Of a DNA stretch of 64,000 nucleotides, positions 1 to 9,947 are shown piece by piece. The notes beneath the pieces were generated by a model that saw only the letters and a program-made list of their open reading frames with translations, did no database searches and was not told the origin of the DNA. Positions within the stretch are counted from its first letter, which is position 1. The number at the start of each line of letters is the position of its first letter. The translations under genes were made by a program, and so were the position numbers. Origin of the DNA: a bacterium (lineage in GTDB: Bacteria; Fidelibacterota; Fidelibacteria; Fidelibacterales; Fidelibacteraceae); contig OY781066.1 of the NCBI GenBank assembly GCA_963676395.1, positions 1,408,001 through 1,472,000 of the forward strand. Direction: 5' to 3'.

Positions 1-188
1 GTATTGCCGAGCTGGGTAAAACCGACGAAGGTGGCGGTGGAACTATTGCTAAATTTATGTCTTATTATTGCATGAATGTTATTGATGCCGGTGTTTCTGT
101 TCTTGATATGCATTCACCGTTTGAGATTACATCTAAAGCGGATATCTGGATGATGTATAAAGGATTTAAAGCCTTTTTAGAGGATTAA
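1..188 (+). CDS. M18 family aminopeptidase, C-terminal part (5' truncated by window)
   Basis: Own translation from nt 3: IAELGKTDEGGGGTIAKFMSYYCMNVIDAGVSVLDMHSPFEITSKADIWMMYKGFKAFLED*. The GGGGTIA and MHSPxE motifs are typical of M18 aminopeptidases. Confidence 0.85.
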   Translation, partial: IAELGKTDEGGGGTIAKFMSYYCMNVIDAGVSVLDMHSPFEITSKADIWMMYKGFKAFLED

Positions 189-231
189 ATATCAAAGTTT
201 GTTGCTCTGCTTATTGTTTCACTTTCCATTG

Positions 232-369
232 GTGGATGGAATTAACCTTACCGATATTAAAGACATTATATTAAAATGGAAGTAAGGTATGGTCATGAAG
301 TCTAAGTGTTGTTATGCTTATGTGCATTATGGCCAAGAAGGAAAGTATCGAGATCGGATCTTCTGGTGA
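232..369 (+). pseudogene. Decayed paralog of the downstream exported protein (463..825)
   Basis: Across two frameshifts it reads VDGINLTDI / RHYIKMEVRYG / KSKCCYAYVHYGQEG, versus VMGVDLDTIEKHYIKVSIGAGFTTKIFAYVDYGQGG in the intact neighbour. Confidence 0.6.
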
Positions 370-462
370 GACCGAAGGTGGTATCTTAAACAGATAAACC
401 AACTATTTGCTTGAAAGAAGAAAAGAGAAGTAGACTCAAAACTATTAAAACGAGGTTTGATA

Positions 463-825
463 ATGAAAAGAGCACTGGTAGTTTTACTTGTAATGTTTTC
501 GCTTGCATCCGCTGAAATTCTAGTAATGGGTGTTGATTTAGATACCATAGAAAAACACTATATTAAAGTTAGTATTGGTGCAGGGTTTACTACTAAGATC
601 TTTGCCTATGTCGATTATGGTCAAGGTGGCTTAGCACGAAACCACGCGGTTATTTCGCGTAGTGGTGGAAAAATGAAATTTGATTCTGAAATTCATGTTT
701 TAAACCATTTTTATGATCACGGCTGGGAACTTAAAGCAGCTGTTTCAGAACCTCATGGCGGTTCCGGAGAAAGTTCGATAAGCGCTAATACTTATTATAT
801 CCTTGAACGTATGGATAAGAAATAG
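463..825 (+). CDS. Small exported hypothetical protein
   Basis: ORF with GAGG RBS before ATG 463, signal peptide (MKRALVVLLVMFSLASA) and an LNxxxxxGWEL motif reminiscent of DUF4177-like proteins. Confidence 0.75.
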   Translation: MKRALVVLLVMFSLASAEILVMGVDLDTIEKHYIKVSIGAGFTTKIFAYVDYGQGGLARNHAVISRSGGKMKFDSEIHVLNHFYDHGWELKAAVSEPHGGSGESSISANTYYILERMDKK

Positions 826-837
826 AAAGGAGTAAAT

Positions 838-2301
838 ATGAAACGCTTCACGACTTTACTTCTGTTAATTCTGCTGGTTTTAGCCGGTTGTTCTTCGAAT
901 ACGGCGGATATAATAATTTTACATTGGAATGATTTTCATTCACATAACATTACTTGGAAACCTACGCATCACAATAAAGCCGGTCATACGGTTGGAGGTT
1001 ATGCCGTGCTTGATGCTTACTTGGATTCTTTAGTAAAAGTGTATCCGGGCGCGCTTAAGATAAATGCCGGTGATGATTTTCAGGGTTCACCTATTTCATC
1101 AATGACCAAGGGGTATTCGCAGATTGAACTGTTGAATGCCGTTCAGCCGGATTTTTTTACCATTGGAAATCATGAGTTTGATTATGGCTGGAAAAATCTT
1201 GATTCATTAAGAATGAATGAAGCAAAATTTATGATGTATGCCGCTAACTTGCTTGATAGTGAAACCGGAGAGTCTTTGGTTCCTCAGTTTCGTATTTTTA
1301 CGCGTGATGGCTATACGTTTGCCATGATCGGGATTACCACACCTCATTTAAGCGAGCTGACCCTTCCCAAGAATTTAGAAGGTCTTACTGTCGCTGATCC
1401 TGCCGAAACGGTCAAAAAGATCATGAAAAAACTTGAAGGTCGTAATATTGACTTGTTTGTGGTCGTATCACATATGGGTATTGGTTCGGATAAAAAACTG
1501 GCTAGAGAAGTTCCCGAAATTGATCTGATTATAGGTGGCCATTCTCATACCTATCTTAAAAAAGCTGTGAATGAGAATGGTGTTTGGATCGTGCAGGCAA
1601 ATGATCATGGACGCTATATTGGTGTGACCAACTTTCATGTTGAGCATGGTGAGATCACTGAGCTCGAAATGGATTACGTGGAAACCGTTATTGGAAACAT
1701 AAAACCGTCCAAAGATGTAGCCAAGATCGTTATCCGTCAGGAGGCTGCTTTGGTTGAAGTCATGGACGAAGTCATTGGTGAATTAAAAACACCATGGACA
1801 CGTAGAGGTGATGAAACTAATCTGGGTAATTGGATCGCAGATGCTTTTAAAGAAAAAACCGGTGCCGATATTGCTATGATGAATAATGGCGGTATCCGAA
1901 AAGATTTGGCGGCAGGACCTATTAAAGTGCGTGATATTTGGGAGATATCTCCTTTTGGAAATACACTGGTAACCTTTGAATGGACAGGTGAGGAATTGCT
2001 GGAAGCCTTGGATAATTTGGCTAAAGGTGGTCGCTCAATGCAAGTTTCGGGTATTAATATGGTACTTGAAAATCGTAAAGGACTGATTTCTGCTGATGTT
2101 GATGGTGAAGAGATTGATCCCTCCGCTATGTATACTATTTGCATGAACAATTATTCGGCTTCTCAGGGTAAAAAGTATTTTGGCTTAGAAATTAAGGATA
2201 TGACGATAACCGGATTGGTGGACAGAGATGTACTTCTTGAAGAGATTCGTAAAAACCCCAAGATTGACTCAAAAATCGAAGGAAGGCTAATAATTAAATG
2301 A
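838..2301 (+). CDS. 5'-nucleotidase / UDP-sugar hydrolase family lipoprotein
   Basis: Lipobox LAGC; metallophosphoesterase motifs NDFHS, AGD, GNHEFD, SHMG, GGHSH; C-terminal NNGGIR domain. Confidence 0.92.
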   Translation: MKRFTTLLLLILLVLAGCSSNTADIIILHWNDFHSHNITWKPTHHNKAGHTVGGYAVLDAYLDSLVKVYPGALKINAGDDFQGSPISSMTKGYSQIELLNAVQPDFFTIGNHEFDYGWKNLDSLRMNEAKFMMYAANLLDSETGESLVPQFRIFTRDGYTFAMIGITTPHLSELTLPKNLEGLTVADPAETVKKIMKKLEGRNIDLFVVVSHMGIGSDKKLAREVPEIDLIIGGHSHTYLKKAVNENGVWIVQANDHGRYIGVTNFHVEHGEITELEMDYVETVIGNIKPSKDVAKIVIRQEAALVEVMDEVIGELKTPWTRRGDETNLGNWIADAFKEKTGADIAMMNNGGIRKDLAAGPIKVRDIWEISPFGNTLVTFEWTGEELLEALDNLAKGGRSMQVSGINMVLENRKGLISADVDGEEIDPSAMYTICMNNYSASQGKKYFGLEIKDMTITGLVDRDVLLEEIRKNPKIDSKIEGRLIIK

Positions 2302-3147
2302 AAAAACTGATTATTTTGATCATAACATTGATGATATTGTTTTCTTGCCAGCAGATGATCATGGCACCCGAAACCGATACTGCGGATCTGAGGGATGATG
2401 TATTTTCATCAGAAGGTGATGAAGTACCCTTGTATGTTCTACCTAAGCGAATTTCATTCGATGAGTTCCATCGGGCGATTCCTATTCCTGAAACAACTGA
2501 GGTATTGCAAGGGACGTTTAATGAAGCCGCAGTGGGAACTTTTATTGCGAAATATACGCAACCCGATCTGCTGGATACGCTTGATGGTTATGTAACAGAC
2601 AATCAGGCTTTTTTTGATCAGGTCTTGGAGCCGGCTATTGCTCCTTATCTGGATTCTTTAAAATCTTTGCAGAAATATCAAGCTTTAAATGCTTTAGCTT
2701 TATTTATTTATGAAAGCTATCAGGATTTTATTGGCGATAGTTTCTATCGCTGGGGAGGTGATATTACAGATAGGGACCAACCACAGCCTTTAGGACATAC
2801 TCGTTCAAACAGACGCTATGGTATGGATTGCTCCGGTTTTGGAGCGTCACCTTATGAAGTTGCCGTGCAGTTGGAGATATTGGATTCGACAGATGTTGAA
2901 GCGGCTTTTTCATGGATGGGGTTTAAGTATATCTGTGATCATAATGAGTCGGTTTCCGATGGTGGAGGTCGAAATAAACGGAGATCTGTATTTTCTTGAA
3001 TCAGGTGGTTCGACCGTAAACGAAGATGGATTATATACACCTTATCGGGCAAAGGAAGCCTTGACTGATTTTGCCGGTGGACGCACAACAACTATTCTGA
3101 GATGTTTGCCTGATAAAGTGGAAACATCCGGAATTGTTCATTATTAA
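2298..3147 (+). pseudogene. NlpC/P60-like lipoprotein disrupted by a frameshift near 2970
   Basis: Lipobox LFSC and YRWGG...GMDCSGF motif in the 2298 frame, which stops at 2999. A protein-like tail (VEINGDLYFLESGG...) continues in another frame to 3147. Confidence 0.6.
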
Positions 3148-3152
3148 TTATT

Positions 3153-3180
3153 GTAAAGACGCAAGATTTTATGTTTTTAT
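3153..3180. repeat. Degenerate GTAG-type REP-like palindrome
   Basis: GTAAAGACGCAAGATTTTATGTTTTTAT resembles GTAGAGACGCAA-N-TTGCGTCTCTAC at 20868. Confidence 0.4.
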
Positions 3181-3209
3181 AGATCCAATATTAAAATACG
3201 AGGTAAAAT

Positions 3210-5084
3210 ATGAATAATGCTTTCCGCAATCGGTCTTTGTTTGGTACAGGGCTGATATTGATCATTCTTTTGTTAATTTCTTCTTGCTCAACTCCGCAAA
3301 CTCAAAACATTAAGTTTGCTTTTCTTGCAGATACGCATATCGGTACTTCTACGGGAGCAAGTGATCTTCGGAATTCTGTTAAAGATATTAACGCTATGGA
3401 TAATATTGATTTTGTTGTGTTGGCTGGTGATGCAACTGAATACGATCTTGCGAGTGAACTGGATACGGTCAAGGCGATCATGAGTCAGCTTGATATACCG
3501 TATCATATTATTCCCGGAAATCATGAGCTTAAATGGTCAGCATCCGGAGGTGAAAAATTTAAAAAGTTATTTGGTGATGATAAATTTAATATCGAGTACG
3601 GCGGATATCGATTTATTGGTGTCAATCAGGGACCACTTATGCGTATGGGAGAAGGCTTTATTGCTCGAGAAGATCTGGATTGGGTGCAAACACAGCTAAA
3701 GGAAATGCCAAAAGGCCAACCTGTGTTTTTTATAACACATTATCCTATTAATAATACTGTAACGAACTCTTATGACTTTCTTGAGATTATAAAGCATTAT
3801 AATGTTCAAGGCATATTTCATGGTCATGGTCACAGTAATCAGCACAATGATTATTCGGATGTGACCGGGATCATGGGGCGCTCAAATTTGAGTCGTAGTA
3901 AAGCCGGTGGATATAATATCGTTAGTATCTTTCAAGATACGATGACCTGGGCTGAACGTCGTCCTGTAGAAAAAGAAACACTTGAAACATGGCTGACTAT
4001 ACCTTTAGAGAAATTTACATACACCGATTCACATGATAAACTTATGCCTGATATGTCAGTAAATGATGAATACACGCAGATAGAAAAAGCGTGGGAATAT
4101 GATTCGCATTTTTCTATTACCGCGGCAGTGGCTAAGTCCGGAGATATGATCATATTCGGGAACCGCTCAGGAAAAGTGATAGCACTTGATTCTGAGACAG
4201 GTAAAAAAGTATGGATGTTCGAAAGTCGGGGCCCTGTATTTACAGAACCTGAGGTCGTTGGTGATAAGGTTTATGTGACATCGACAGATTCAAGTATTTA
4301 TTGTTTAAATGTCCAAACCGGAGAAAAGATTTGGAAGCACAAAACAAAAGCTGCCTTGGTTTCACATCCCATGGTTTATGATAATACGGTGTATTTTGGT
4401 GGTTCGGACATGAAATTCCGTGCGCTTAATGCTACAAACGGAAAGCTTGTTTGGGATTTTATGCCGATTAAAAAATATGTGGAATCGAAACCATTATATG
4501 CTGAGGGAAAGGTTATATTTGGGTCATGGGATACTTATCTTTATGCTTTGGATGCCAAAACCGGAGCACTTGCCTGGATGTGGCAGGGACCTAAAAAATG
4601 GACCATGTATTCTCCGGCAGTTGTTGAGCCGGTTTACGCAAACGGTAAGGTATTTGTGGTTGCACCGGATCGCGTTATGTCAGCTATTGATATCGAAACC
4701 GGTCAAACCGTTTGGCGTTCAGATAATTTTAAAGTACGTGAAAATATCAGTTTATCCGAAGACGGCAGTACGGTTTTTGCAAAAACCATGTGGGATATTG
4801 TTTGTGCGGTTAGCACCGAAGGCGATAAAGCGGAGACCGTTTGGAGTAGCGAAATTGGTTATGGCTTTGATATCGATCCCTCTTTCCCTGTTGATGTTGA
4901 TGGAGTCGTCTATGTAACCACCCAATTTGGCTATGTATTTGGACTGGATCGTGAAACGGGAAAGATTCTGTGGAAACATCGCATAGGGGCTAATTTATTG
5001 AATACACCCGTCATTGATGGCGATGCGATGTATATTTCGGGTATGGATGGCAAGGTGACAAAACTTGTGAGATCTAAGATCTAA
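3210..5084 (+). CDS. Metallophosphoesterase fused to a PQQ-like (BamB-type) beta-propeller, probable lipoprotein
   Basis: ADTHIG, AGD, PGNHE, THYP and GHGH motifs, followed by repeated (L)DxxTGxxxW blades; ISSC lipobox-like site. Confidence 0.88.
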   Translation: MNNAFRNRSLFGTGLILIILLLISSCSTPQTQNIKFAFLADTHIGTSTGASDLRNSVKDINAMDNIDFVVLAGDATEYDLASELDTVKAIMSQLDIPYHIIPGNHELKWSASGGEKFKKLFGDDKFNIEYGGYRFIGVNQGPLMRMGEGFIAREDLDWVQTQLKEMPKGQPVFFITHYPINNTVTNSYDFLEIIKHYNVQGIFHGHGHSNQHNDYSDVTGIMGRSNLSRSKAGGYNIVSIFQDTMTWAERRPVEKETLETWLTIPLEKFTYTDSHDKLMPDMSVNDEYTQIEKAWEYDSHFSITAAVAKSGDMIIFGNRSGKVIALDSETGKKVWMFESRGPVFTEPEVVGDKVYVTSTDSSIYCLNVQTGEKIWKHKTKAALVSHPMVYDNTVYFGGSDMKFRALNATNGKLVWDFMPIKKYVESKPLYAEGKVIFGSWDTYLYALDAKTGALAWMWQGPKKWTMYSPAVVEPVYANGKVFVVAPDRVMSAIDIETGQTVWRSDNFKVRENISLSEDGSTVFAKTMWDIVCAVSTEGDKAETVWSSEIGYGFDIDPSFPVDVDGVVYVTTQFGYVFGLDRETGKILWKHRIGANLLNTPVIDGDAMYISGMDGKVTKLVRSKI

Positions 5085-5117
5085 GTAGCGCGTAACGAAT
5101 AAATAATAGCAGTATAT

Positions 5118-5148
5118 GGGGAGCGGCCACGACCGCTCCCTTTTTTTT
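5118..5148 (+). terminator. Intrinsic terminator
   Basis: GGGAGCGG-ccacga-CCGCTCCC followed by T8. Confidence 0.9.
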
Positions 5149-5379
5149 GTGTGTCTGTAAAAACAAAAATATGTGTAAAAAATATGATGTTTCACTCTTC
5201 TATAAATAGAAAGCGTATTGTCAATTATTAAGCAATAATGCGCCATAAAATAACGAAAAACAGTACAATACTGTTATGTAAAACCAATCAATTGCATGTT
5301 TATGCATTTTGTAACACTAATAAAAACAATAAGTTAAATTATTTATTATAAAAAAAGATGATTTAATTTATTTTTTTTC

Positions 5380-5420
5380 TTGTAAGTATTCCGTATTGGT
5401 GTTATACTTATGTAGAACAC
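5380..5420 (+). promoter_or_regulatory. Sigma70-type promoter overlapped by a YtrA-type operator palindrome
   Basis: TTGTAA (5380)-17 bp-TATACT (5403) with extended TG. Palindrome GTGTTATAC-ttat-GTAGAACAC (5399-5420) covers the -10. Confidence 0.75.
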
Positions 5421-5456
5421 TGGAATAGAAGTGTTATAAAACCAGAAAGAGAACAC

Positions 5457-5825
5457 ATGAGTATTAACTTCAACAGTTCAAAACCTATATACCTCCAATT
5501 GGCCGATCTCATTAGAGAATCGATCATGTCCGGGGCGCTCAAAAGCGGAGAAGCTATCCCCTCCGTGCGCCAGCTGTCCGCTGAGTATAGATTAAACCCC
5601 CAGACTATTTTAAACGCCACACAGCTTCTTGTTAATGAGGGTTTACTCGAAAAGCAGCGCGGACGGGGTTACTTCGTCACCGATCCGGCACAGGATGTCT
5701 TAACCGAATCCGCTGTTATCGAATTTGAAGATGTGACCATCCCGGACATGATCAAACAGGCCAAAATGCTAAACATAACAGAAGATCAACTGTGTAAAAT
5801 GATCAAAAAACAATTTATTAAATAG
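5457..5825 (+). CDS. GntR family transcriptional regulator, YtrA subfamily
   Basis: 122 aa, PIYLQ...PSVRQLS...NPQT...RGRGYFV winged HTH with short C-terminus; precedes ABC transporter genes. Confidence 0.93.
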   Translation: MSINFNSSKPIYLQLADLIRESIMSGALKSGEAIPSVRQLSAEYRLNPQTILNATQLLVNEGLLEKQRGRGYFVTDPAQDVLTESAVIEFEDVTIPDMIKQAKMLNITEDQLCKMIKKQFIK

Positions 5826-5844
5826 TCAACGGAGAGACATAATA

Positions 5845-5901
5845 ATGAAAACCACTATCAACTATCGTCATCATCTATCCATTCGTGCTATTCGTGGATA
5901 A
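5845..5901 (+). CDS. Putative small ORF MKTTINYRHHLSIRAIRG (possibly a frameshifted remnant)
   Basis: GGAG RBS at 5831 just after the GntR stop. Confidence 0.35.
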   Translation: MKTTINYRHHLSIRAIRG

Positions 5902-5969
5902 AAGGGATGAAGGGAGTGAGTTGAAGCGCATCATGGGACGAAAAAAGAAAAAGAATGAAAGGGACTAAA

Positions 5970-6059
5970 ATGAATAACAACAATCTTATTAAACGCCATA
6001 ATCGCTCAATGACCTATGTAAGAGCCATGTCAATTCGAATTGTTAAACCTGTTAAATAA
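5970..6059 (+). CDS. Putative small ORF MNNNNLIKRHNRSMTYVRAMSIRIVKPVK
   Basis: AAGGGA RBS before ATG 5970; lies inside the operon. Confidence 0.35.
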   Translation: MNNNNLIKRHNRSMTYVRAMSIRIVKPVK

Positions 6060-6178
6060 ACTTATGTCGTCAATTGGTGTTCTGTAATCAAATACGATTG
6101 TTTATGGCGATGTAGGGAATGCTTGAGACTACTCCATAAAATGAGAATTACCTAAGCTAAATAAAGAAGCAAAGAGAA

Positions 6179-6415
6179 ATGAAAACGATAACAAATCCCA
6201 AAGCAATGATGAGCAACTGTCTGCCGGCAGAAATTCCGTGTATGCGCGTGTTGCGCCCGGGAATGGATCAAATGGGTAAAGAATTGGAAAAGCAGATCGA
6301 GGCTCACAAAAATACACTGTATTTTGCTGGCCAAATGATTGCAGAGGGGAAACGTACAAGAACTACACATAAGAAAGAAAGCTTTACTCAAATTACAATG
6401 ATGAGCTATTTATAA
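6179..6415 (+). CDS. Small hypothetical protein (78 aa)
   Basis: Purine-rich RBS; ends 13 nt before the ABC ATPase start. Confidence 0.55.
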   Translation: MKTITNPKAMMSNCLPAEIPCMRVLRPGMDQMGKELEKQIEAHKNTLYFAGQMIAEGKRTRTTHKKESFTQITMMSYL

Positions 6416-6428
6416 ACAAGGACGAGAA

Positions 6429-7277
6429 ATGGAAAATTATATCTCAATTAAGAATTTATCAAAAAATTACAAACATGTCGAAGCCCTCAGAAATGTGGAT
6501 TTGGATATTCCCAAGGGAAGGATTGTCGGACTCATGGGTAAAAATGGTGCCGGAAAATCTACTCTTTTGAAATGTATGTTGGGGATGCTGAAATATGAAG
6601 GTGAAGTGGATATGTTTGGAAAAGATATTCGCGAATGGCAACATGAATTATATGGTCGTGTGGCTTTTATTCCGGACGTAAGCGGTTTGGATCCACGCCT
6701 GACAGTTAATGAAACGATAGATTATGTCGCAGCTGTGAACGAAAGTTGGAACTGGAATAAATCCAAGCGACTTTTTGCTCAAAGCGAATTGCCTTGCGAT
6801 CAGAAAGTCGGTACTTTGTCTAAAGGTATGAAAACAAAGCTTTATCTTTTATTAACGCTTTCGAAAGATGTTGATATTTTACTTCTTGATGAGCCGACAT
6901 TGGGTTTAGATATTGTTTTTCGCAAAGAATTTTATGACCTGCTTTTGGGTGAGTTTTACAATGAAGATAAAACTGTGATTATATCAACTCATCAGGTTGC
7001 CGAAGTTGAGAATATTCTTCAGGATGTGATTTTTATTGACGAAGGTCGTGTTCTTTTAAATTCATCGGTTGAAGAATTGAAAAGCAAATGGCAGGTATAT
7101 GAAGTGCCCGGTGATAAAGAAGAACAACTAAAAGCATGTAATCCTGCAGTAATTACAAAATCTCTAGGACATTTTCGAGCATTGCTTGAAGGAGAAGTTA
7201 AAATTGAGGGTGCAAAAGCGACCGTACCCGGATTGGCAGATATTTTTATTGCACTAACTCAGGGGAAAAAGGGATAA
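6429..7277 (+). CDS. ABC transporter ATP-binding protein (YtrB-like)
   Basis: Walker A GKNGAGKS, signature LSKGM, Walker B ILLLDE, STH. Confidence 0.95.
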   Translation: MENYISIKNLSKNYKHVEALRNVDLDIPKGRIVGLMGKNGAGKSTLLKCMLGMLKYEGEVDMFGKDIREWQHELYGRVAFIPDVSGLDPRLTVNETIDYVAAVNESWNWNKSKRLFAQSELPCDQKVGTLSKGMKTKLYLLLTLSKDVDILLLDEPTLGLDIVFRKEFYDLLLGEFYNEDKTVIISTHQVAEVENILQDVIFIDEGRVLLNSSVEELKSKWQVYEVPGDKEEQLKACNPAVITKSLGHFRALLEGEVKIEGAKATVPGLADIFIALTQGKKG

Positions 7278-7280
7278 AAA

Positions 7281-8108
7281 ATGATAACTTTATTAACATT
7301 GTTAAAAACAGAATATCTTAAACGTAAAAAGTCATACTGGACACCGGTTTGGGTCATCGCGGGAATCGTTGGCGGCGCACTATTGATCGGATTAATTGCA
7401 TCACTTGTCAATACGACAGACATTCAAGTAAATTTGATGGACTTTTCTTTTGATTACGAAGATATGCAAGAAGGAATGAGAGTGGGGGCGTTCGGATCAA
7501 TGATCCTTGTGTTGTTTGTGTTTTGGATAGCTATGCTTGTTAATGCTCCCAGTTCACTTTCTAAAGAAAAACAACTTGGATGTGATCTTTTTTATCGTTG
7601 TCAGTCGGTAAATATTTGGTTAAGTACCTTAGCAAAATATATCATGCATGTTTATGCCAGTATTATTTTGGTAATAGGTGTTGGAATAATTTATGTTTTT
7701 ATCGTGGCTGTTGTTTCGTCATTGACAATGGGTGGATTTTACCTGGGTTCTTCAATGCTGGGATTACTGATGTCCATTGTAATTTATCTAAAGGTTTGTC
7801 TTGTTTTTGGTTCTCTCTTTTTTCTATTCTCATCCATATTTAAGAACAATGGTTTGTTAAAAGGCTTGATCTTTCTTGGCTTAATTGATGGTGTTTTCTT
7901 TTTGATTGAACAACTTTTTAGAAATACCGTTGACATGCCAAGTGTTTATAAATTCTTAGGCTCTTTGCTTGGAAACGTAAACATGGAAGATGCTCCAAGA
8001 TTGGGAGAAATGATCTGGGATGTTAAATTTCTTGTCGCTTTCCTATTCGCAGGTGCGTGCTATGTGGGAGCTACTTTAATCTATAAAAAACAAACGACGG
8101 AAGCTTAG
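7281..8108 (+). CDS. ABC-2 type permease
   Basis: About six hydrophobic helices; directly follows the ATPase. Confidence 0.8.
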   Translation: MITLLTLLKTEYLKRKKSYWTPVWVIAGIVGGALLIGLIASLVNTTDIQVNLMDFSFDYEDMQEGMRVGAFGSMILVLFVFWIAMLVNAPSSLSKEKQLGCDLFYRCQSVNIWLSTLAKYIMHVYASIILVIGVGIIYVFIVAVVSSLTMGGFYLGSSMLGLLMSIVIYLKVCLVFGSLFFLFSSIFKNNGLLKGLIFLGLIDGVFFLIEQLFRNTVDMPSVYKFLGSLLGNVNMEDAPRLGEMIWDVKFLVAFLFAGACYVGATLIYKKQTTEA

Positions 8109-8117
8109 GAGAATAAA

Positions 8118-9020
8118 ATGAAAAAGAGTAAAATTATTTTAGCTTTATTATTGGTATTGATTGGTAGGGCTTTTGCAAAGTATATTGTTGCAACAGGTCC
8201 CGAAGTAATGGAAGAGTTTAATGTTAAAAATATTGATGTTCTTGATGTACGCTCACAGATTGATGTTTATTTGACGCAAGGTAACAAAGAAGAAGTTGTT
8301 ATTGAGACTTATAAAGGCATTATGCCTTATGTAAAAGTTGAAAAAGTGGGTGGTCGTTTAAATATTTTTCTTGATCGTAAAGTTCATAAGATTAAATGGA
8401 ATGGAAAAGATGAAGTGATCAATGCCTATGTGACCGTTAAGAATCTTGAAAAATTATCGTTATCAGGTGCTTGCGATCTATATATGGATTCTCCGTTCAA
8501 AACAGATGAAATTAAGATAAGTGCCAGTGGCGCTTCAGATTTGGATATTGATAAGATCGTGGGAGAAAGTATTAAGATCATCACCTCTGGTGCATCCGAT
8601 ATTGATAATGCCGATCTGGAAGCTCTTAAAGTATATATTAATGCGAGTGGCGCCAGTGATGGTGACATTAAGGTCGTAGCAGATGTTCTTGATATTATTG
8701 CCTCGGGGGCATCAGATTTTGATATTGATGTAGATGTAAAAGATCTTACCGTTAAAGCTCATGGTGCATCAGATTTTGATGCAACGGGAAGCAGCAAAAC
8801 ATTTGTTATAAATGTGTCTGGTTCTTCTGATATGAGTGCATATGACTTGATAAGTGATACGGTTATCGTAGATGCGTCCGGCTCATCGAATTGTAAGGTA
8901 AATGTTGTAAAGGTAATTGATGCAAACAGCTCAGGCACCTCAACAATCTATTATAAAGGAAAACCCGAAAAGGTCAAGGTTGATGTTTCCGGTGTTTCAT
9001 CAATACGATTTAAGAAATAA
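8118..9020 (+). CDS. DUF2807 (head GIN domain) exported protein
   Basis: Signal peptide, about ten SGASD-like repeats at roughly 19-20 aa period, IYYKGKP terminal motif. Confidence 0.85.
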   Translation: MKKSKIILALLLVLIGRAFAKYIVATGPEVMEEFNVKNIDVLDVRSQIDVYLTQGNKEEVVIETYKGIMPYVKVEKVGGRLNIFLDRKVHKIKWNGKDEVINAYVTVKNLEKLSLSGACDLYMDSPFKTDEIKISASGASDLDIDKIVGESIKIITSGASDIDNADLEALKVYINASGASDGDIKVVADVLDIIASGASDFDIDVDVKDLTVKAHGASDFDATGSSKTFVINVSGSSDMSAYDLISDTVIVDASGSSNCKVNVVKVIDANSSGTSTIYYKGKPEKVKVDVSGVSSIRFKK

Positions 9021-9046
9021 GGATAAATGTCTGAAAGGGAACAAAA

Positions 9047-9868
9047 ATGAAGAAAATAGTATTAGTGTTATCGGTATTGCTGTTATTTGCCGGATGTGAT
9101 TTTGATAGCAATCGCCTGGAAAGGATCAAAGTAAGTGGAGAAGTGATAAGTATCGAAGATACATTTACCGAATTTAACCAGATTATGGTAGCAGGACCTT
9201 TTGATATCATGCTTGACCCCAATATGTCGCATGGCATTGAGCTTGAAAGTTATGAAAGTCTAATTGACTTATTTAGAGCAGAGGTTCATAATGATATCCT
9301 TATGGTATATATCTTAGATACAACTCGTGCAGATTCTTTTAACTACGGTGAAAGTGATATTTCGGAGTGCGCAATTATGACAGGCGCACGCTTGAAATGG
9401 CCGGAAAACAAAAAAAATCTCAATCTAAAAGTATCATATGAAATGCTTGAAAAAATCACAGCCATCGGTGAATGTTCCATTAAAAGCAAACAAGTTCTCG
9501 AAGGTGATGAATTAGATCTTGAAGTTGCCGGCGCTTTAGATTTTGAAGCGGAATTACTCATGAATACCTTTAATGCTGAAATTGCCGGAGCAGGTAATTT
9601 AAAACTGAAAGGTACAGTAGATACTTTTAATTTAGATTGTGCAGGAGCCGGTACAATAAAAGCATATGAGCTTATTGCGGATCATGTTGATCTTGAGATC
9701 GCAGGTGTATGTAATGCTAAAGTACACGCTCTTGAGCGTCTTGATGCCGAGGTTGCCGGTGTGGGAACTATAAAATATAAAGGATCTCCTTCAATCATAA
9801 ATTATGATAAAGCAGGTTTGGGTTCGCTTAAACCCGCAGAAGATGAAGAAGATAATACAGAAATATGA
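9047..9868 (+). CDS. DUF2807 (head GIN domain) lipoprotein
   Basis: Lipobox FAGC, AGAG/AGVG repeats, IKYKGSP motif. Confidence 0.85.
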   Translation: MKKIVLVLSVLLLFAGCDFDSNRLERIKVSGEVISIEDTFTEFNQIMVAGPFDIMLDPNMSHGIELESYESLIDLFRAEVHNDILMVYILDTTRADSFNYGESDISECAIMTGARLKWPENKKNLNLKVSYEMLEKITAIGECSIKSKQVLEGDELDLEVAGALDFEAELLMNTFNAEIAGAGNLKLKGTVDTFNLDCAGAGTIKAYELIADHVDLEIAGVCNAKVHALERLDAEVAGVGTIKYKGSPSIINYDKAGLGSLKPAEDEEDNTEI

Positions 9869-9947
9869 CCATAATTGAAGTAGTGTCGTGGAAGACTTAA
9901 CCTTTACTTTAATTAAAATTGTTAATTTATAATTTTGAGAGGTGACA

